Below, one piece after another: positions 37,174 through 45,894 of a stretch of 64,000 nucleotides of DNA. This stretch comes from a virus. Position 1 is the first letter of the stretch. The number at the start of each line of letters is the position of its first letter. The notes below the pieces were generated by a model. The model was not told where the DNA came from, did no database searches, and saw only the letters and a program-made list of their open reading frames with translations. The stretch is from positions 25,078 through 89,077 of IMG/VR virus record IMGVR_UViG_3300048861_000143, one strand, 5' to 3'. Made by a program: the position numbers and the translations under genes.

Positions 37174-37609
37174 GCCAGCTGGAATCGGTGGCTGAGATTT
37201 CCGGAGCCGAGAGCGCCGCTTCCTTCGGCGCGAACTGGCCGCGAACGCGCGGCCGTGTCGTCATCCTCAGGATCTTGTCGTTCGATCTCGTCAGGCGCTC
37301 GGAGACGCGCCCGAGTTCGGTGGCCACGATCTCCAGGTTCCGCGAGTGCTCGTGGTCCATGGTCTTGATTTCGCGGATCATGGCCTGGCGCGACGCATAG
37401 TCGGCGCTCTCGATCTTCTCCGCGGAGTGTTGGCGCCAAGCCTCGTTGGCGTCCAGGAAGAGCGGCAGGCCGAGTGACACGCAACCGGTGGCCGTGAGCA
37501 CGATGTCGCCCAGAGATCCAAGCATGGCGACCGAGACGGCGTCGCCGACCGCTATTGCGAGGAGGAGGCCGCCGATGCCGTAGAGAACGGCGTGGTGAAA
37601 GCTCCTCAT
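37133..37609 (-). CDS. Membrane protein (two predicted TM segments)
   Basis: Two hydrophobic stretches in the first ~52 aa, then a charged coiled-coil-like tail. Confidence 0.55.
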   Translation of the reverse strand: MRSFHHAVLYGIGGLLLAIAVGDAVSVAMLGSLGDIVLTATGCVSLGLPLFLDANEAWRQHSAEKIESADYASRQAMIREIKTMDHEHSRNLEIVATELGRVSERLTRSNDKILRMTTRPRVRGQFAPKEAALSAPEISATDSSWLAENEPDVSSIPR

Positions 37610-37884
37610 TCTGCAACTCCTGCGTCAGAGACCAGCCTGAGGGCCGGCTTTCCCCGCGGGGCGCCTGTATCGGCTTGGGTCAGTGCAGAGAAGGCGACGA
37701 GGTCCAGCGCGAGGTTCCGCACGGTGAACACCGCCTCAACGAGCCCTTCAGGCTCAATCGGGCGGATTTCGATCTTCGTGATTCCGCTTCGCCCCCACCG
37801 GATCGGCTCGCCGTTACCATCGAGCACGACGGTGCCATTGGCACGGCCGTCGGAGACGATCTTCACCTTGCCGCGGTCGCTCAT
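37606..37884 (-). CDS. Hypothetical protein
   Basis: MSDRGKVKIVSDG...; RBS and ATGA coupling. Confidence 0.55.
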   Translation of the reverse strand: MSDRGKVKIVSDGRANGTVVLDGNGEPIRWGRSGITKIEIRPIEPEGLVEAVFTVRNLALDLVAFSALTQADTGAPRGKPALRLVSDAGVAE

Positions 37885-37913
37885 TTGCCGGTTCCTGTAG
37901 GTCTGTCTGCGCT

Positions 37914-37985
37914 TCAGCGGGAGGCTTCCCAGCAAAGGACGCCGATGATGAGGAGGAAAAGCACGATCGCAACAAGGTGGGTCAT
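37914..37985 (-). CDS. 23-aa single-TM peptide
   Basis: MTHLVAIVLFLLIIGVLCWEASR. Confidence 0.35.
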   Translation of the reverse strand: MTHLVAIVLFLLIIGVLCWEASR

Positions 37986-38011
37986 TGTCTGCGATCCTTC
38001 AGCGACGGCCG

Positions 38012-39403
38012 CTATGCGCGTCGATCCTGCTCTATCTCGTCAAACGAGCGACCATCACCCTCAAGCGTGGCGAACTGCCCGGCGAACTTGCTCCATCGGC
38101 GTATCGCCACATCGACATAGGCCGGTGCGATTTCCATGGCGCGAGCGCTGCGCCCGTTCTTCTGGGCCGAGATCAGCGTCGTGCCGGACCCGCTGAAGGG
38201 CTCGTAGACGATCTGATCCGGCTTGGTGAAAGCGGTCAGCATCTCGGAGACCAGATCGACCGGGAAAACTGCGGGGTGTGCGCCTGCGTCGCCCAGGCCA
38301 CCGGTGTGACGGGTGACGCGGATCACGCTGTCCGGGATCTTGTGGGTGTGCAGAGCGCTTTTGGGCGAGGCATTCACGGAGTTCATGCCGTTGCTGCCGT
38401 CACCCTTGCGGTAGTTCTTGATCCCGGTCTTGTCCTTGATGTTCTCGGGCTTCTTCGGGACGGTCCGGTTCACCTCACCGGCGTGCCGGTTGAAGTGGAA
38501 GACCCACTCGTGGCTCGGCGCCAGTCGACCTTGCCAGTCGCCCTGCATGCCCCAGCCCTGATCCCACACGTACCAGCCAAAGCGGCGCCATCCGGCCGCG
38601 CGCATCCACTCGATCCACCCGTCCCAGTAGGAGATGCATTCGCCCTCCTTGTGCACCAGGCCGAGGTTCACCAGGACCTGCGCGTCAGGCGTGAGAGGCA
38701 GGAGCCCGAAGACGCCCTGCATGAGGGCGTCCCAGTCTGAGATGCCCTCTTCGAGCTCGTATTTCCGCTGCTTGCCGTAGGGCGGGCTCGTGAAGCAGAA
38801 GTCGGCCAGCTCGCCTTGCATGAGGCGCTCGATGTGCTGCGGGTTGGTGCTGTCTCCGCACATCAGCCGATGCCGGCCCATGATCCAGATGTCGCCGGGG
38901 ACGGTGACGGGGATCGCGGGAGGAGCGGAGACCTCGTCTTCCCCTGCAGCGTTTTCGTCCGCCTGCGGCCCAGCGCCGCCCAGGAGAGCGGCAAGTTCGT
39001 CCTCGTTGAAGCCCGTGAGGGAAAGGTCGATTTCCTCGTGTAGATCGCCAAGCTCCATCAGGAGCAAATCTGTATCCCAGCCCGAGTCCAGCGCGCTCTT
39101 GTTGTCCATCAGGACGTAGGCTTTGCGCTGGGTAGCGGAGAGATGGCTCAGATCGACAGTCGGGCCGCTCCATGCATCCGGGTTTCTCGGGATTACTACG
39201 CCTTGCTCTGCCATCTCAAGAGCGGCGATCAGGCGACCGTGCCCAGCGATCATCTGACCGTCCGCCACGAGCATCGGGTTTGCCCAGCCGTATTCCGCCA
39301 GACTCGCCTTGAGCTTCTGAACCTGATGGCGCGGGTGCGTCCTAGCGTTGCGGGAGTAAGGGACCAAGGACTTGAGTGGGCGATACTCGATCTTCAGCGT
39401 CAT
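38012..39403 (-). CDS. ParB-N fused DNA methyltransferase (SPPY type, likely m4C)
   Basis: ParB-like PYSRNARTH, IAGHGRL; MTase FTSPPY and EPFSGSGTT. Confidence 0.9.
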   Translation of the reverse strand: MTLKIEYRPLKSLVPYSRNARTHPRHQVQKLKASLAEYGWANPMLVADGQMIAGHGRLIAALEMAEQGVVIPRNPDAWSGPTVDLSHLSATQRKAYVLMDNKSALDSGWDTDLLLMELGDLHEEIDLSLTGFNEDELAALLGGAGPQADENAAGEDEVSAPPAIPVTVPGDIWIMGRHRLMCGDSTNPQHIERLMQGELADFCFTSPPYGKQRKYELEEGISDWDALMQGVFGLLPLTPDAQVLVNLGLVHKEGECISYWDGWIEWMRAAGWRRFGWYVWDQGWGMQGDWQGRLAPSHEWVFHFNRHAGEVNRTVPKKPENIKDKTGIKNYRKGDGSNGMNSVNASPKSALHTHKIPDSVIRVTRHTGGLGDAGAHPAVFPVDLVSEMLTAFTKPDQIVYEPFSGSGTTLISAQKNGRSARAMEIAPAYVDVAIRRWSKFAGQFATLEGDGRSFDEIEQDRRA

Positions 39404-40307
39404 GCTCGGCTGCTCTCGCTCTCAGGCGCTGCATTCTCCACGCCTGCTTCCATCCGTACGTGTCAGTCTGCTTGTGGCACGACCTACAAAGCGTCCGCCC
39501 GTTGGACAGAACGGTTGCCAAGTCCGGGCGCTCAGATTTCGGCTGTATGTGGTCTGGATCGAGAACGATCCCTGTACCCCGACCGCCCTGAACTCCGCAA
39601 AGGACACAGCGAAAGGCATCGCGCTTGAAAACGGCCTGTCGCCAGTCGCGATATTCGCGGCTTAATCTTAGAAGATCATGGCCGTTCGTCAGGCCCCCGG
39701 CCCAAAAATGGCTGTTCTCTCCCCGTTGTCGGATGCTTGCCGCACGATCTGAACAAACCTTGCTGCAATATTTCCGCTTCGAGTTGGCAGGCTTGAACAG
39801 TGTCTGGCAGTGGGCGCAAGGAATCTCGATGAGGGTTCTCGTGCAGCGCCTTGAACAAAACACTCGCCTAAGAGATGGCTTCGTCTCGAAGACCTTGCCG
39901 CACCCACGGCAAGTGACCGGTTCGCGACGCTTAAGATCTAGCCTGCGGCTTGACTTTTGCGGGCTCGGCTTGCCGACTTTTGACGAGACATAGCACTGTC
40001 GGGAGCAGAAGACCCTAGCTTGGTATCCAACAACCCGGAATGATTGTCCGCAATTCCGACACTGGCGGGTATTGTTCGATCGCGCGACGCCCCGGCACTT
40101 CGGGGTGCAATATCGACCTCCAGACCGACCGAAGAAGGCTGTCCCGCACACGGCACACGGCTTCCATGACCGACCGGCACACTCCCGGCACAATCGGGCA
40201 GGGCTGCCGGATGAAGTCTGAAAGAACTCCGAGGTGCTTTTTTCCAGTCCGCATGCGCCGCATACTTTCGTCCATGCCGCAGCATGGCTATGTCGTTGGT
40301 TAGCCAA
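39342..40307 (-). CDS. HNH endonuclease with multiple Zn-ribbon repeats
   Basis: Repeated CxxCG..F......(F/Y)C(S/T)..C units; C-terminal CVLCG..LDPDHIQP...NGRTLCRSCH. Confidence 0.85.
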   Translation of the reverse strand: MANQRHSHAAAWTKVCGACGLEKSTSEFFQTSSGSPARLCRECAGRSWKPCAVCGTAFFGRSGGRYCTPKCRGVARSNNTRQCRNCGQSFRVVGYQARVFCSRQCYVSSKVGKPSPQKSSRRLDLKRREPVTCRGCGKVFETKPSLRRVFCSRRCTRTLIEIPCAHCQTLFKPANSKRKYCSKVCSDRAASIRQRGENSHFWAGGLTNGHDLLRLSREYRDWRQAVFKRDAFRCVLCGVQGGRGTGIVLDPDHIQPKSERPDLATVLSNGRTLCRSCHKQTDTYGWKQAWRMQRLRARAAEHDAEDRVSPTQVLGPLLPQR

Positions 40308-40377
40308 AGTCGTGCATTCCAGTGCTCGTTTTGGTCAGAGGCCCGTAGGTGTGTCCAGCACCTACGGGCCTCGCAGC

Positions 40378-40752
40378 TTACTTGGCTTTTCGATCCTTAA
40401 ATCGCAAGTCAGGCTCGACATCCGCCGCCGGGTCCTCGTGGGTGATCCAGGCGACCAACACCTTCTCTCGCCCCAGCATCAGGGAAGCGATGAACTGGTG
40501 GCGGCCGTCAGAAACTGAGAATCTTGACCCGCTCCAAGTGCCGGTGATCGGCGGCCAAACGGCGGCGTCGCCCTGGCACAGAAGCTGGCGGTATTTGGCC
40601 TCGACGTCGCCGACAGCCATCCGGGATCTGTTCGCAAGGAAGCAGTCCTCGACCCCAACCCACGCCGTCCTGACGACTTGCCCAGGTTCGATCCGGAGGG
40701 ACCGATCCTCGGCGCTCCATGCGGCGGGAGCCGCGTCCAACGATTGCGGCAA
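40378..40752 (-). CDS. ParB/Srx-like domain protein
   Basis: WPPITG....FSVSDGRHQFIASLMLG. Confidence 0.6.
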   Translation of the reverse strand: MPQSLDAAPAAWSAEDRSLRIEPGQVVRTAWVGVEDCFLANRSRMAVGDVEAKYRQLLCQGDAAVWPPITGTWSGSRFSVSDGRHQFIASLMLGREKVLVAWITHEDPAADVEPDLRFKDRKAK

Positions 40753-40754
40753 GG

Positions 40755-40982
40755 TCAGTTCCTCGCGACTCCGGTTGGCCGACCGCTCAGGCCCGGCATC
40801 TCGGTGCCGGCCCCAGGAGTCAGGCCCTTGACCTCGCCAGTCATGACGAAGTCGGCGATCGCGCCGGCCTGGAGCATCGCGTCCTGCACTGTCCGTGCAC
40901 GTCCGCTCTCGATCAGGCTCAGAGCCGCATCCAAGCGCACGCTCTGGACGGTGGTCAGATTGTCTCGTTTCTGCTGGGGCAT
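40755..40982 (-). CDS. Hypothetical protein
   Basis: 75 aa, compact operon placement. Confidence 0.45.
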   Translation of the reverse strand: MPQQKRDNLTTVQSVRLDAALSLIESGRARTVQDAMLQAGAIADFVMTGEVKGLTPGAGTEMPGLSGRPTGVARN

Positions 40983-41169
40983 CGCGGATCTCGGTAAACG
41001 CTGAGGCTGGGCCTCTCGCGGGGTGTCACTGAAGCGCGGCCGTGTCCGCTGCTCATCAGCGGCGCAGCCTCGTGCCCGACCCCGGTTTTCCGAGCGTCAA
41101 AGCCGCGGCGATTGATGAAGTCCCAAGACGGCCCGTAATTCAGGCCCTCGCGGATCGAGATCAGATGCG

Positions 41170-41361
41170 TCATGCGACCTCCGAGTTCATGTGCGCCTTC
41201 GCCAGAACGTCGCGCGCAAATGCCAGGATGTCGTCCAGGTTCGCTACCGCAGTGCGGCTCGTGCCTGTCCGGTCCGTGTAGCAGGTCTGGACTCGGTTCC
41301 CATCGTCCATCCGGACGACGAACTCCCCTGCCGTCAGCTGCAAACGCACCGTACCGGGCAT
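41170..41361 (-). CDS. Hypothetical protein
   Basis: 63 aa with normal codon pattern. Confidence 0.5.
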   Translation of the reverse strand: MPGTVRLQLTAGEFVVRMDDGNRVQTCYTDRTGTSRTAVANLDDILAFARDVLAKAHMNSEVA

Positions 41362-41424
41362 TCGTCGCGCCTCTCACGCCCGCAGGCGCTCCCTGGATGA
41401 AAATGGGGGTTCATGCCGCTTCGA

Positions 41425-41772
41425 TCAGCTTTTTCGGGCTGAACGAGGGCTTCGATGGGCTTGCGTGGAGGCTGAGATTGGAGGCGTGAGCACTCCGAGC
41501 GCTTTCAAGGCGGCCTGATGTCGGCGCAGAAGGGTCAGCAGAGCTATGACCTCGCCTGGGACACCTGCCCGGCCGATCCACCAGCGCCGGACGCGACGCT
41601 CGACGGACGCTTGTTCGCCGGGATCACCAAGATCCCGGAGCAGTTCAGCGAACTGCTGAGGCTCTAGACCGACGTCACCGAGGGCCTGCTTAAACTGCCC
41701 GCTGTCCATGAGCCCTCGGCGTTCGGTCGGCGTCATGGGCCGGATCGTTCGCGGGGATGAGCACGACGTCAA
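41425..41772 (-). CDS. HTH-like DNA-binding protein
   Basis: QFKQALGDVGLEPQQFAELL...VRRWWIGRAGVPGEVIALL. Confidence 0.6.
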   Translation of the reverse strand: MTSCSSPRTIRPMTPTERRGLMDSGQFKQALGDVGLEPQQFAELLRDLGDPGEQASVERRVRRWWIGRAGVPGEVIALLTLLRRHQAALKALGVLTPPISASTQAHRSPRSARKS

Positions 41773-42088
41773 AGACCCGCATCCAGCGGGCCAAGGCCTC
41801 GCTGGTCACGTCGGGGAGGCTGTAGGCGCTCGGGACGATGTAGAGCCGGGTGCCCGGCCGCAGATGCTCGAGCCGGGCCGGGTCTTCGACCAGGTTCACC
41901 GTCTCGCCGTTCGGCGTGCGCCACCGGTTCCGGACGGCGTTCAGCGGCGTCCAGTGCCAGTCGAACCAAAGGGTCGGCCAGAGCTCGCCAATGCTGGCCG
42001 TGAGGAGGAACGCAGCCGGCCAGGACCGGCGCCCGGAGGCCGGCGGGGCGGCGAGATGCGCGCGCCCAGCGTCAGCACGGTCACACAA
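41690..42088 (-). CDS. Hypothetical protein
   Basis: 132 aa; start uncertain. Confidence 0.35.
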   Translation of the reverse strand: MCDRADAGRAHLAAPPASGRRSWPAAFLLTASIGELWPTLWFDWHWTPLNAVRNRWRTPNGETVNLVEDPARLEHLRPGTRLYIVPSAYSLPDVTSEALARWMRVFDVVLIPANDPAHDADRTPRAHGQRAV

Positions 42089-42404
42089 GGTCGCCTGAAT
42101 GGCTCGTCTCCATCCGATCGGGCCGCGCCGGGCCGGCGCTAAGTCATTGATGATAGCAAGTTAGCAGGCTAGCCGGATAGCTAGACGTGAACTCAGACAG
42201 GAGCCCGTCTGATCCGGGGCAGCCAGCGGACGGCGCCGTCAGCGATCAGGGAAATCTGGATCGTCACGCTCTGCAGGGCCCGCTTTTGACCGTCGGTCAA
42301 CGGATCCGGCCAACGTCTGACCGCCCCCTCGCCGGCGCACACCGCGCGCTCGGTTGCTGCCCGCGGCATCACCCGGGCCAGGTGGCACATCTCGTCGTTG
42401 GTCA

Positions 42405-42794
42405 TCAGAACCGCACGCACATTTCGTCGGCCCCAATGGCCGGGTTCATGAACTGGAGCCGGCTTTCCATCTCCTGAGCCTTCGCCTCGCGCGTCACTGA
42501 CGCCACGATCCGGGCAAGAAGGACGGCCGGCGTGAGGCCGATCGGCTCTAGGCCGACAATCTGGCTGGCCCGGACCCGCTGAAGCGTGTTGCACCGGACC
42601 ACCGGGTAACGGAGGCTCAGCCCGCAGGCCGCAATGTCGGAGAGATCATCGATCTGGACCTCCGCACGGTGCCTCGGCGGCCCGTTCTTCCCCCAAATCG
42701 GCAGCAGCCACACGTCGCCGTCTCGCGCCGTCCAAACGACACCAAGGCCAGCGCGACGCAAGGCTACCACGTGACCTCGTGCATAGGCGGTCAT
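42405..42794 (-). CDS. Hypothetical protein, possible PemK/MazF-like barrel
   Basis: MTAYARGHVVALR...VWLLPI...VVRCNTLQRV; first gene of the leftward arm. Fold call is weak. Confidence 0.45.
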   Translation of the reverse strand: MTAYARGHVVALRRAGLGVVWTARDGDVWLLPIWGKNGPPRHRAEVQIDDLSDIAACGLSLRYPVVRCNTLQRVRASQIVGLEPIGLTPAVLLARIVASVTREAKAQEMESRLQFMNPAIGADEMCVRF

Positions 42795-43061
42795 GGGCGC
42801 TCGCAGATGAAATTGTATGGGGGTCGCCCGGGGTGGGTCGCAACACACGCCAAGCTAGTGTTTTCAAGCCGAGTTCTGCGCTCAAGTCAAGCACTTATGC
42901 GAGAGCATCTACATGCACCCAGCCAAGCGTCTGAAAACACACCCTTACGCGCGTATGTTGTAGCGCGATTGTCACCCGCCGGGCGTAGGAACTCCGGCGC
43001 AGCACAACCATCGCGGGCATTTCTGTCCGGCATCCGGGATATGAACGACCGGATCGATATG

Positions 43062-43153
43062 GCAAAAATTTTGCAAAATTTCAGGGAAAATCCATCTGGG
43101 CTGCTGCACAGCTCCCCTACCCCCCCGGGTGCCCTTTTTCGACATGGGGGGGT
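43062..43153. repeat. AT-rich palindrome plus C7/G7 inverted repeat
   Basis: AATTTTGCAAAATT (43067-43080) perfect palindrome; ACCCCCCC (43119-43126) and GGGGGGGT (43146-43153). Confidence 0.75.
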
Positions 43154-43159
43154 CGAGTC

Positions 43160-43283
43160 CTCGCGCCTCGCCGAGCCGTGACCTGATGCTCGCACCTCGG
43201 CGAGCCGTGATCCCTGACGCACGATCACGCGTCCCAGACCTACCCGATGCCGGACCGAGTGCTCGCGCCTCGGCGAGCCGTTA
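43160..43283. repeat. Three 22-bp direct repeats CTCGCRCCTCGSCGAGCCGTKA
   Basis: Copies at 43160-43181, 43189-43210 and 43262-43283. Confidence 0.9.
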
Positions 43284-43390
43284 CGTTCGATAATGCCCGT
43301 TTCCGAACGTCACGCGTCCGTGATCACTCGCTGCGCCTCCCTGGCAATCGTGCCGGACCCGATCCGGATTCAAGTTTGAGCACGTGCTCC

Positions 43391-43446
43391 GGACATAATG
43401 TCCATACCGACCCGGCAATCCGGGCATATCGCGGACATTATGTCCG
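43391..43446. promoter_or_regulatory. Two operator-like palindromes GGACAT-W-ATGTCC
   Basis: GGACATAATGTCC 43391-43403; CGGACATTATGTCCG 43432-43446. Confidence 0.65.
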
Positions 43447-43600
43447 ATCCCAGCCTCAGCGAACGCACGCGCACATATACGCGCGCGCGCACGTGTGCCT
43501 GATCGCGCGCGCGACGCGGGCAAGCCCGGACAGGCACCAGACGCCAAATCGCCTCGCGAACCAGTTACCAGATTTATTCGTCTTTCCAGTGACCTAGCGC

Positions 43601-43629
43601 TTGCAAAGACGCCACCGTGGCGTCATTCT
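43601..43629 (+). promoter_or_regulatory. Sigma70-like promoter with palindromic operator in the spacer
   Basis: TTGCAA-N17-CATTCT; GACGCCAC-C-GTGGCGTC at 43608-43624. Confidence 0.6.
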
Positions 43630-43635
43630 CCCGTT

Positions 43636-44160
43636 GTCAGCAAGGCACGGCGGGACGGGTTCCCAGGGTAGAGAGGAGTTGCCAAGCGGACGGACGGGAC
43701 AGGATCGGAACCCTGTCAACGTTCACTTGCCCACCCTGATCTTTGACATACCACCGACGCTTGCCGGTAAGCGGGTCGCGGGATGAATAGGAGGGTTCAC
43801 TGCATCGGGTTTCCCCTTTGCGGAGTGCCTACAGGATACAGGGGCGGAAGCTCCCTGGTTACGTCCAGTCTGCTACCGACGCCACACGGACAAGGCGTTA
43901 GGCGCATGACTGCAAGCCTGTAGGTCCGCACGGATTAGGAAGCCGGACAGTCAACCCGACGCATAAGTCTGACAGTGCGCTGTGTGAGAGATGGCGCGTC
44001 AGATGGAGCGTTACCGGCAACGGTAGCGCGATCGGGCGGTAATCAGGTCGCCCGATGGAAGCACTCCAACGGAAGGAATGACGGAACGAAGCCGCGTCAC
44101 GCGATGGCGCGGCAGGTTCCCCACAATCCGCGTCAGTGGGGCGCGGATTATGGGGAGCTG
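43636..44160 (+). ncRNA. Candidate large structured RNA / leader
   Basis: About ten helices by eye, including a 14-bp bulged stem (43819-43835 / 43917-43930) and GNRA loops (GGAA 43846-43849, GCAA 44017-44020). Confidence 0.45.
44031..44056 (+). promoter_or_regulatory. Early-arm hairpin element copy 1
   Basis: ATCGGGCGG-TAATCAGG-TCGCCCGAT; RBS and ATG at 44078. Confidence 0.8.
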
Positions 44161-44165
44161 TTCAT

Positions 44166-44399
44166 ATGCTGAACGTTGAAATCACGATGCGGCCCGCCCG
44201 TGGCGGTGTTGAGATATGCGCATTCGAAGCGTCAAGCGTGGCGGTCGCGATGCAAGTTGCGGCGGAAGCGTTGGCGGATCGTCAGGATTTGCGGAGCGTT
44301 GTCGTGGAAATCGGCCCTATCACCGATCAAAGCGCGACCGACGCGGAAGTGGATGGCGCGACGCTGGAGGCGGAAGCCCCGGCCGACGGAGAGATCTAA
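44166..44399 (+). CDS. Hypothetical acidic protein
   Basis: MLNVEITMRPARGG...; GGGGAG RBS. Confidence 0.6.
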   Translation: MLNVEITMRPARGGVEICAFEASSVAVAMQVAAEALADRQDLRSVVVEIGPITDQSATDAEVDGATLEAEAPADGEI

Positions 44400-44511
44400 G
44401 CCTATGCGGGCGCGGCTTCCGGGTCGCGTCCCGGGGTTCCCACAACGCTTGGCGGACTGGAACGCGCGCGGGCTTCGGACCGTGGCGCTTTCCAGCCTGC
44501 GAAAGCGGGAC

Positions 44512-44531
44512 GCGCGGTAATCGGGCCGCGC
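44512..44531 (+). promoter_or_regulatory. Early-arm hairpin element copy 2
   Basis: GCGCGG-TAATCGGG-CCGCGC; ATG at 44552. Confidence 0.85.
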
Positions 44532-44551
44532 TGCAAACGGAGGATTGGACA

Positions 44552-45226
44552 ATGGCGGACTATGAAAGCCGGGCCGAGGCGGAACAGGCTCTTACTGACT
44601 CCGACCTGCCCGTGGGCTCCCACGTGGAGATGAACCATGCGGAGCGGTACGAGCTCCGCTTGCCGGATGGTTCTCTGCCCGAGGCTCAGGACGCGGCCGC
44701 GGCGGCGGGCGACAAGCCCAAGGCCGAACGCAAGGCAATCACGTTCCACGCGGTGGCGCAGGAGGGCGATTTGGCTTTCCGCCTCCCCGAAGGCGCGGGC
44801 ATTCCGGCGGCGGAGTTGCAGGCGCTGGTTATGCAGATGGCGCGCCGGTTCGGCATCCCGCTGGACGTGGTTGATCCGACCACCGGCAACACGGTTCGGA
44901 CCGTCCAGCCTGGCGAAAAGGCGGAGCGCGCGGCACGGATTGCCGTTCCGACGGAGGCGCAAAAGGTAATCATCAGCCTTTGCACGCGGCCCGAGGGCGC
45001 GGACACGTTCGCGCTTTTCCAGGGTGGCGCCGCGCCGGGCGGGAAGTTCAACACGATTGCATGGTGGCAGCACGTGAAGGCTTGCGAGAAGTTCGGGTAC
45101 GTGGCGCACAAGTCAGCCACGATCAAAAACAACAAGCCGATCTCGGTCTATCACCTCTCCCCAATCGCGGGACAGAACGAAGCGGACGTGGAGGCGGACC
45201 CGGAATACCGGCTTGCGGCGGACTGA
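44552..45226 (+). CDS. Hypothetical protein with winged-helix-like C-terminus (paralog of 51640-52335)
   Basis: MADYESRAEAEQAL...IISLCTRPEGA...KPISVYHL. Confidence 0.7.
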   Translation: MADYESRAEAEQALTDSDLPVGSHVEMNHAERYELRLPDGSLPEAQDAAAAAGDKPKAERKAITFHAVAQEGDLAFRLPEGAGIPAAELQALVMQMARRFGIPLDVVDPTTGNTVRTVQPGEKAERAARIAVPTEAQKVIISLCTRPEGADTFALFQGGAAPGGKFNTIAWWQHVKACEKFGYVAHKSATIKNNKPISVYHLSPIAGQNEADVEADPEYRLAAD

Positions 45227-45269
45227 TCGGCACGGAACGGGCGGGCTTCGGCCTGCCCGCTCCCGACAC

Positions 45270-45295
45270 AACGGGCGGTAATCGGGCCGCCCGTT
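45270..45295 (+). promoter_or_regulatory. Early-arm hairpin element copy 3
   Basis: AACGGGCGG-TAATCGGG-CCGCCCGTT; ATG at 45313. Confidence 0.85.
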
Positions 45296-45312
45296 CTGCG
45301 GGGAGCAAACCA

Positions 45313-45504
45313 ATGGCTATTCGCTTGCTGAACGACAACGATCCGCTTTTCAGCGTGATCGAAGAGGCGATGGAAACCGTCACGCTTTCGGAGGTCGCCG
45401 AGATTGCCGGCCTCGCGCTCGGGCAGATCCTGAGCCAGGCCGAGGCGCCGCAGGATATGACCGTCGGTGAATGGGGCCGAATGCTTTGCGGCGGGCAGGT
45501 CTGA
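45313..45504 (+). CDS. Hypothetical protein (63 aa)
   Basis: MAIRLLNDNDPLFSVIEEAM...; GGGGAG RBS. Confidence 0.65.
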   Translation: MAIRLLNDNDPLFSVIEEAMETVTLSEVAEIAGLALGQILSQAEAPQDMTVGEWGRMLCGGQV

Positions 45505-45507
45505 GCC

Positions 45508-45801
45508 ATGGGCGCGCCAATCCAGTGGCAGGACAAGCGGGAGGTCTTCGGCTTCCCGGCTTATGAGGCCGAGGTCAACGGCCACCGCATGACCGTGTGG
45601 CAGGCCGAGGTCGGAGTGTGGGGAGCGCAGGTCACGATCGGCACGCGCGAGGCGGAGGTCGCGTGCCGGAACAACGGGCACAAGGCGAAGGCGGCCGCGG
45701 TCGCGTGGGCGCTGGAGCACGAGGCTGGCAAGGTGCGGCTTGAACTTACCAGGCGCTTCGGGGCAATAGCCTGGCGTGTGGCCGAGGAGGTCGCGGCGTG
45801 A
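45508..45801 (+). CDS. Hypothetical protein
   Basis: 97 aa; operon-coupled. Confidence 0.65.
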   Translation: MGAPIQWQDKREVFGFPAYEAEVNGHRMTVWQAEVGVWGAQVTIGTREAEVACRNNGHKAKAAAVAWALEHEAGKVRLELTRRFGAIAWRVAEEVAA

Positions 45802-45876
45802 GCGTCGCTATCGTCAGCCTGTTCGATCAGACCTAGCGGGAGGCGCGGGCTTCGGCCCGCTCCTCTCTGGACAGCA

Positions 45877-45894
45877 AGCGGCAATTGGGTCGCT
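45877..45894 (+). promoter_or_regulatory. Early-arm hairpin element copy 4
   Basis: AGCGG-CAATTGGG-TCGCT; ATG at 45915. Confidence 0.75.

Noticed and set aside
37133-37985. Membrane ORFs near terS as a lysis cassette
   Set aside because: No endolysin or spanin is adjacent. Lysis genes probably lie outside the window.
43160-43283. 22-bp repeats as a mini-CRISPR
   Set aside because: Spacers are 7 and 51 bp, which is irregular and unlike CRISPR.
43720-43770. CTTGCC hexamers in the structured region as guides for the spliced terL junction GGC|AAG
   Set aside because: Only 6 nt of contiguous complementarity, which is not significant.
43819-43955. Group I intron core (P3/P7) in the structured region
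   Set aside because: GACTG/CAGTC and CCTACAGG/CCTGTAGG fall in a suggestive order, but the conserved P, Q, R, S sequences and a P4-P6 domain are not recognisable, and a nested fold explains the pairings.
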